Positions 59,758 to 64,000 of a stretch of 64,000 nucleotides of DNA are shown here, piece by piece (the stretch's first letter is position 1; each line of letters begins with the position of its first letter). Source of the stretch: Candidatus Babeliales bacterium. Its GTDB lineage: Bacteria > Babelota > Babeliae > Babelales > JACPOV01. The DNA is taken from contig JBFWNW010000004.1 of NCBI GenBank assembly GCA_050250855.1, forward strand, positions 96,001-160,000, in the 5' to 3' direction. A model generated the notes under the pieces. The model had not been told where the DNA came from, made no database searches, and saw only the letters and a program-made list of their open reading frames with translations. Position numbers and translations under genes: made by a program.

Positions 59758-61677
59758 ATGGAAGAACATTCAAATAAATTTTACGTTACCACACCCATTT
59801 ATTATGGGACAGCAAAGCCTCACTTAGGTTCCTTATATTCAACCTTGCTTGCAGATGTTGCTACGCGTTGGCACAAAATGCTTGGCAACAGAACCTACTT
59901 TTTAACAGGTACTGATGAACATGGTCAAAAAATTTTACAAGCTGCTCAAAAAGCTGGTATGGAGCCACAAGCGTTTGTTGATAGTTTTGTGCATGATTAT
60001 AAAACTACTTGGCAGCATTATGAATTTGTGTACGATCAATTTATTCGTACCACAGATCCAGAGCATAAAAAGGCAGTACAGGAATGGGTAAAAACTGCAC
60101 AGAAAAAAGGTGATATTTATAAATCTGTTTACAGCGGCTGGTACTGTACGCCGTGTGAAACGTATGTAACAGAAACGCAAGCAGGCCCTCATGATAAAGC
60201 GCCGCTTTGTGCTTCTTGTAATCGTGAAACGAGCTATGTTTCTGAAGAGTCATACTTTTTTAAATTGTCTGCTTATCAAGAAAAACTTTTGCAATTTTAT
60301 AAAGAAAATCCAAACTTTATTGTTCCTAAAGAGCGATTAAATGAAGTTATTCGTTTTGTAGAAGCTGGGCTCAAAGATTTAAGTATTTCACGTACTACGA
60401 TTAGTTGGGGCGTTCCTTTTCCAGAAGATACGAGCCACGTTGTATATGTTTGGGTTGATGCGTTGCTTAATTATATTTCTGCCATAGGCTACGGACAGCA
60501 TGGCATGGAAGAAAACTTTAAAAAATGGTGGCCGGCCGATTTACAAATTTTAGGAAAAGATATTATTCGTTTCCATGCCGTTTTTTGGCCTGCATTTTTA
60601 ATGGCAGCTGATTTGCCGTTACCAAAAAAATTATTGGTACACGGTTGGATAAAAGTTGATAAGCAAAAAATGTCTAAATCTTTAGGCAATGTTGTAGATC
60701 CTATGGCGTTGTACGAAGAATATGGTGCCGATGCTGTTCGCTTTTATTTAGTTCGTCATATTGCCATTACTCATGATAGTGAATTTAGTATTGCCGATTT
60801 GCAAAATTGCATTACCAGTGATTTAGCAAATGATTTAGGTAATTTACTTAATCGTATGTTAACACTTGCTTTAAAGCATGACCTTTCACAGGTTCCTAAA
60901 CATACCGTGTGGAATGAAATGGGCGTTGATCTGCGTAACGCGTGTTGGGATGTCATTGAAGAATATAAAAATTATATGAACGACGGTATGTTTCATATGG
61001 CCGTTGCTCGTTTATGGAAGTTTATTAATCAGGTAAATGCGTATTTTCATGCCAATGAGCCGTGGAAATTGGCAAAAAATGCTCCAGTTCAATTTACTGA
61101 AGTAATTTCTGCTACCTGCCATAGTTTGTATACTATTGGTTTATTATTGTGGCCAGTAATGCCAAAAAAGATGGAAGAATTGTTACGTAATTTGGGTGTT
61201 GATTTTCATGTGAAGGGTAATATGGTTGAACTACTTGCCTCTAACAGGTGGGATCATCAATTTTATTTACAAGTAACTGAAACACTTTTTGCAAAACCAG
61301 AAAAGGTTGAAAAGATGGAACCTACAGAAAAAGTTATTACGCCAGAACAAGCATATATTACTATTGATCAGTTAACCCCTATTGAGCTACGCGTGGGAAC
61401 TATTGAAGCGTGTGATCATGTAGAAAAATCAGATAAACTCTATAAATTAAGCGTAAATTTTGGTGCATATGGCGTGCGACAGATTCTTTCTGGCGTAAAA
61501 CAAGCATTTAAGCAGGAAGAATTAGTCGGCAAGCAAGCAATTTTTGTTTACAATTTGCAACCTCGTAAAATGGTTGGGCTTGAATCTCAGGGTATGATGT
61601 TAATGGCAAAAGATGAAAAAGGCTTAAGGCTTATTGTTCCAGAACATGCAGTGGAAAATGGCACCAAGTTAAGTTAA
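59758..61677 (+). CDS. metG: Methionine-tRNA ligase with C-terminal tRNA-binding domain
   Basis: TTPIYY-HLGS, GTDEHG, Zn knuckle CTPC/CASC, KMSKS, and C-terminal OB domain (NLQPRKM-G-ESQGM). Confidence 0.98.
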   Translation: MEEHSNKFYVTTPIYYGTAKPHLGSLYSTLLADVATRWHKMLGNRTYFLTGTDEHGQKILQAAQKAGMEPQAFVDSFVHDYKTTWQHYEFVYDQFIRTTDPEHKKAVQEWVKTAQKKGDIYKSVYSGWYCTPCETYVTETQAGPHDKAPLCASCNRETSYVSEESYFFKLSAYQEKLLQFYKENPNFIVPKERLNEVIRFVEAGLKDLSISRTTISWGVPFPEDTSHVVYVWVDALLNYISAIGYGQHGMEENFKKWWPADLQILGKDIIRFHAVFWPAFLMAADLPLPKKLLVHGWIKVDKQKMSKSLGNVVDPMALYEEYGADAVRFYLVRHIAITHDSEFSIADLQNCITSDLANDLGNLLNRMLTLALKHDLSQVPKHTVWNEMGVDLRNACWDVIEEYKNYMNDGMFHMAVARLWKFINQVNAYFHANEPWKLAKNAPVQFTEVISATCHSLYTIGLLLWPVMPKKMEELLRNLGVDFHVKGNMVELLASNRWDHQFYLQVTETLFAKPEKVEKMEPTEKVITPEQAYITIDQLTPIELRVGTIEACDHVEKSDKLYKLSVNFGAYGVRQILSGVKQAFKQEELVGKQAIFVYNLQPRKMVGLESQGMMLMAKDEKGLRLIVPEHAVENGTKLS

Positions 61678-61747
61678 TTAATTTCTTGATAATACAATTT
61701 CATGTTGGTAGGATTGGGGTAATGTAGTTTTTATTTAAGGGGAATGT

Positions 61748-64000
61748 ATGAAGCAACAATCCTGCCTTTTGTATGGTATTTTTTTATTTTCTTTTTTTGT
61801 TAGTCAGCCATTTTTTATTCACGCGAGTGAAAGAAATCGTGAATATCGAAATGCTATTTCTGAAGAATTTTCCTATCCGCACGTTTTAGAGCAGATAAAA
61901 GAACTTATTGATCTTCATGTACACGTATCAAAAAATATAGATCAATTGTCCGCTGAAGATCTTTCTATTTTTATGGGGACTTTAGAGGATCTGCTTTCTG
62001 TTATTACCTCGATAAAAAGGAGTACTACTAATCCTGATTATGTTGAGCCATTGAGTTTGTATGAAGAACATTGCCTAGCAGTTTTAAAAAAGGCTCAGTC
62101 AGTATCTTTTCATATGGAAAGTAAAGCGCCGCGAATTGATGCTCCTGTAATTACAGCAAATGATGCTGTTGTGGGTAAAGACGGCTGTGACCTTACGCAA
62201 GTTTTGGCCATATTAGGGGCTATTAAGAAGCGAATTACTAATCTTTCTATTCTTATATGTGAAAAATTTGAATTTACCTGGTCGATATTAGAGAAAATAG
62301 ATATTGACGTAAATGGGATATTTACTGCATTAGAAGATATTCAAATTAGTGTAAGTATTGATTTATCGGGAATTTTTACGGTTTTAGAATTTGATTTTAA
62401 TAATTTACAAACAATAATTTGTGAGAAGTTTGAATATACCTGGTCAGCTCTGCAGAAAATAGATATTGATGTTAACGGAATATTCACGGCGATAGACAAT
62501 ATTGATATTTGTCCAACAGTAGATTTGACTGGCATATTTACAGCCCTTGAATTTGATTTTAATAATCTACAAACAATAATTTGTGCGAAGTTTGAAGATA
62601 CCTGGTCGATCTTGCAGAAAATAGATATTGATGTAAATGGTATATTTACGGCTATAGATAATATTGATATTTGTCCAACAGTAGATCTTTCTGGAATATT
62701 CACCGCGCTTGAATTTGGTTTTCATGATACGCAAACAATTATCTGTGCGAAATTCGAAGATACCTGGTCAATACTACAAAAAATAGATATTGACATTAAT
62801 GGTATTTTTACCGCTATAGAGAATATCAATGTAAATGTAAGTGCGACAGTAGATTTATCAGGAATATTCACCGCGCTTGAATTTGGTTTTCATGATACGC
62901 AGACAATAATTTGCGCTAAATTCGAAGATACCTGGACGATCCTGCAAAAGATAGATATTGATGTTAATGGTATATTTACGGCTATAGAGAATATTGATAT
63001 TTGTCCAACAGTAGATCTTTCTGGAATATTCACTGCACTCGAATTTGGCTTCTTTAATACGCAAACAATTATTTGTGAGAAGTTTGAGGATACCTGGACG
63101 ATCCTGCAAAAGATAGATATTGATGTTAATGGTATATTTACCGCTATAGAGAATATCAATGTAAATGTAAGTGCGACAGTAGATTTATCAGGAATATTCA
63201 CCGCGCTTGAATTTGGCTTCTATGACACGCAAACAATAATTTGCGAGAAGTTTGAAGATACCTGGTCGATATTGCAGAAAATAGATATTGATGTTAATGG
63301 TATTTTTACCGCTATAGATAATATTGATATTTGTCCAACAGTTGACTTATCAGGAATATTTACAGCACTTGAATTTGGCTTCTATGATACGCAAACAATA
63401 ATCTGTGAGAAGTTTGAAGAAACATGGACAATACTTGGCGAAATTAACGAAAATGTACTAAATTTGTTTGAGTTTACGGCAAATCTAATAGGGACTTTGA
63501 CAGCGGATCTTCTTGATACGCAGACAATAATTTGCGCTAAATTCGAAGATACGTGGACAATATTGCAAAAGATTGATATTGATGTTAACGGCATATTCAC
63601 TGCGATAGATAATATCGAAGTATGTCCGACAGTAGATCTGTCTGGCATATTTACTGCACTCGAATTTGGCTTTTTTGACACGCAAACAATAATTTGCGCC
63701 AAATTCGAAGATACGTGGACGATACTAGAGAAAATTGATGTTGATGTGAACGGTATTTTTACGGTACTGGATAATTTAGTACTTTCAGTAACGATAGGTG
63801 AAATTACCGTATCAGTATCAATAGACTTGTCTGGTGTATTTACTGCATTAGAGTTTGGTTTCCATGATACACAAACAATTATTTGTGAGAAATTTGAAGA
63901 TACCTGGTCAATACTACAAAAAATAGATATTGACATTAATGGTATTTATACAGCAATAGAGAATATCAATGTAAATGCAAGTGCAACGGTAGATCTCTCT
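61748..64000 (+). CDS. Large secreted tandem-repeat protein, at least 751 aa (runs off the right edge; absent from the ORF track)
   Basis: Manual translation from ATG 61748 (upstream AAGGGG): MKQQSCLLYGIFLFSFFVSQPFFIHA-S..., open to the window end. Confidence 0.9.
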   Translation, partial: MKQQSCLLYGIFLFSFFVSQPFFIHASERNREYRNAISEEFSYPHVLEQIKELIDLHVHVSKNIDQLSAEDLSIFMGTLEDLLSVITSIKRSTTNPDYVEPLSLYEEHCLAVLKKAQSVSFHMESKAPRIDAPVITANDAVVGKDGCDLTQVLAILGAIKKRITNLSILICEKFEFTWSILEKIDIDVNGIFTALEDIQISVSIDLSGIFTVLEFDFNNLQTIICEKFEYTWSALQKIDIDVNGIFTAIDNIDICPTVDLTGIFTALEFDFNNLQTIICAKFEDTWSILQKIDIDVNGIFTAIDNIDICPTVDLSGIFTALEFGFHDTQTIICAKFEDTWSILQKIDIDINGIFTAIENINVNVSATVDLSGIFTALEFGFHDTQTIICAKFEDTWTILQKIDIDVNGIFTAIENIDICPTVDLSGIFTALEFGFFNTQTIICEKFEDTWTILQKIDIDVNGIFTAIENINVNVSATVDLSGIFTALEFGFYDTQTIICEKFEDTWSILQKIDIDVNGIFTAIDNIDICPTVDLSGIFTALEFGFYDTQTIICEKFEETWTILGEINENVLNLFEFTANLIGTLTADLLDTQTIICAKFEDTWTILQKIDIDVNGIFTAIDNIEVCPTVDLSGIFTALEFGFFDTQTIICAKFEDTWTILEKIDVDVNGIFTVLDNLVLSVTIGEITVSVSIDLSGVFTALEFGFHDTQTIICEKFEDTWSILQKIDIDINGIYTAIENINVNASATVDLS
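62258..64000 (+). repeat. Coding tandem repeat, units of 162/168 bp with one 129-bp and one 189-bp variant
   Basis: Cys codon anchors at 62258, 62420, 62582, 62744, 62912, 63074, 63242, 63404, 63533, 63695 and 63884. Confidence 0.95.

Noticed and set aside
62341..63936. Minus-strand repeat ORFs in the track (62341..62703, 62858..63109, 62890..63201, 63382..63936, 63485..63685)
   Set aside because: Antisense shadows of the long plus-strand ORF starting at 61748.
62258..64000. CRISPR array or DGR template/variable repeats
   Set aside because: Units are 129-189 bp, all multiples of 3, with no unique spacers. Differences are mostly synonymous rather than adenine-specific, and no cas or reverse transcriptase gene is in the window.

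Overview
AT-rich, gene-dense bacterial chromosome segment. Gene content and style suggest Candidatus Dependentiae (TM6/Babeliae), which is inference only. Housekeeping genes include partial glmU, mreB, rsmA, uppS, gpsA, PBP1A, murG, dciA, holB, tmk, atpB/atpE, tsaC, pilA/pilD, rbfA, rpsU, gltX, an Omp85 protein, potABCD, metG, the rnpB RNA and an archease-rtcB pair. Many exported orphan proteins lie between them. Most notable items: (1) a secreted ORF from 61748 to the window end, missed by the ORF track, built of 54/56-aa units made of 11-residue (hendecad) blocks; (2) a 1459-aa Cys-rich beta-solenoid-like protein paired with a Cys-rich outer-membrane barrel, one of four related barrels here; (3) a family of about 10 REP-like hairpin units showing compensatory base changes and nested insertion; (4) a fourfold-fused ATP synthase c subunit; (5) a degenerate FolC-fold protein with an AT-hook-like insert; (6) an RNase P RNA apparently lacking P18; (7) a tandem array of divergent exported paralogs. 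No tRNA, rRNA, CRISPR array, transposase or prophage was seen.
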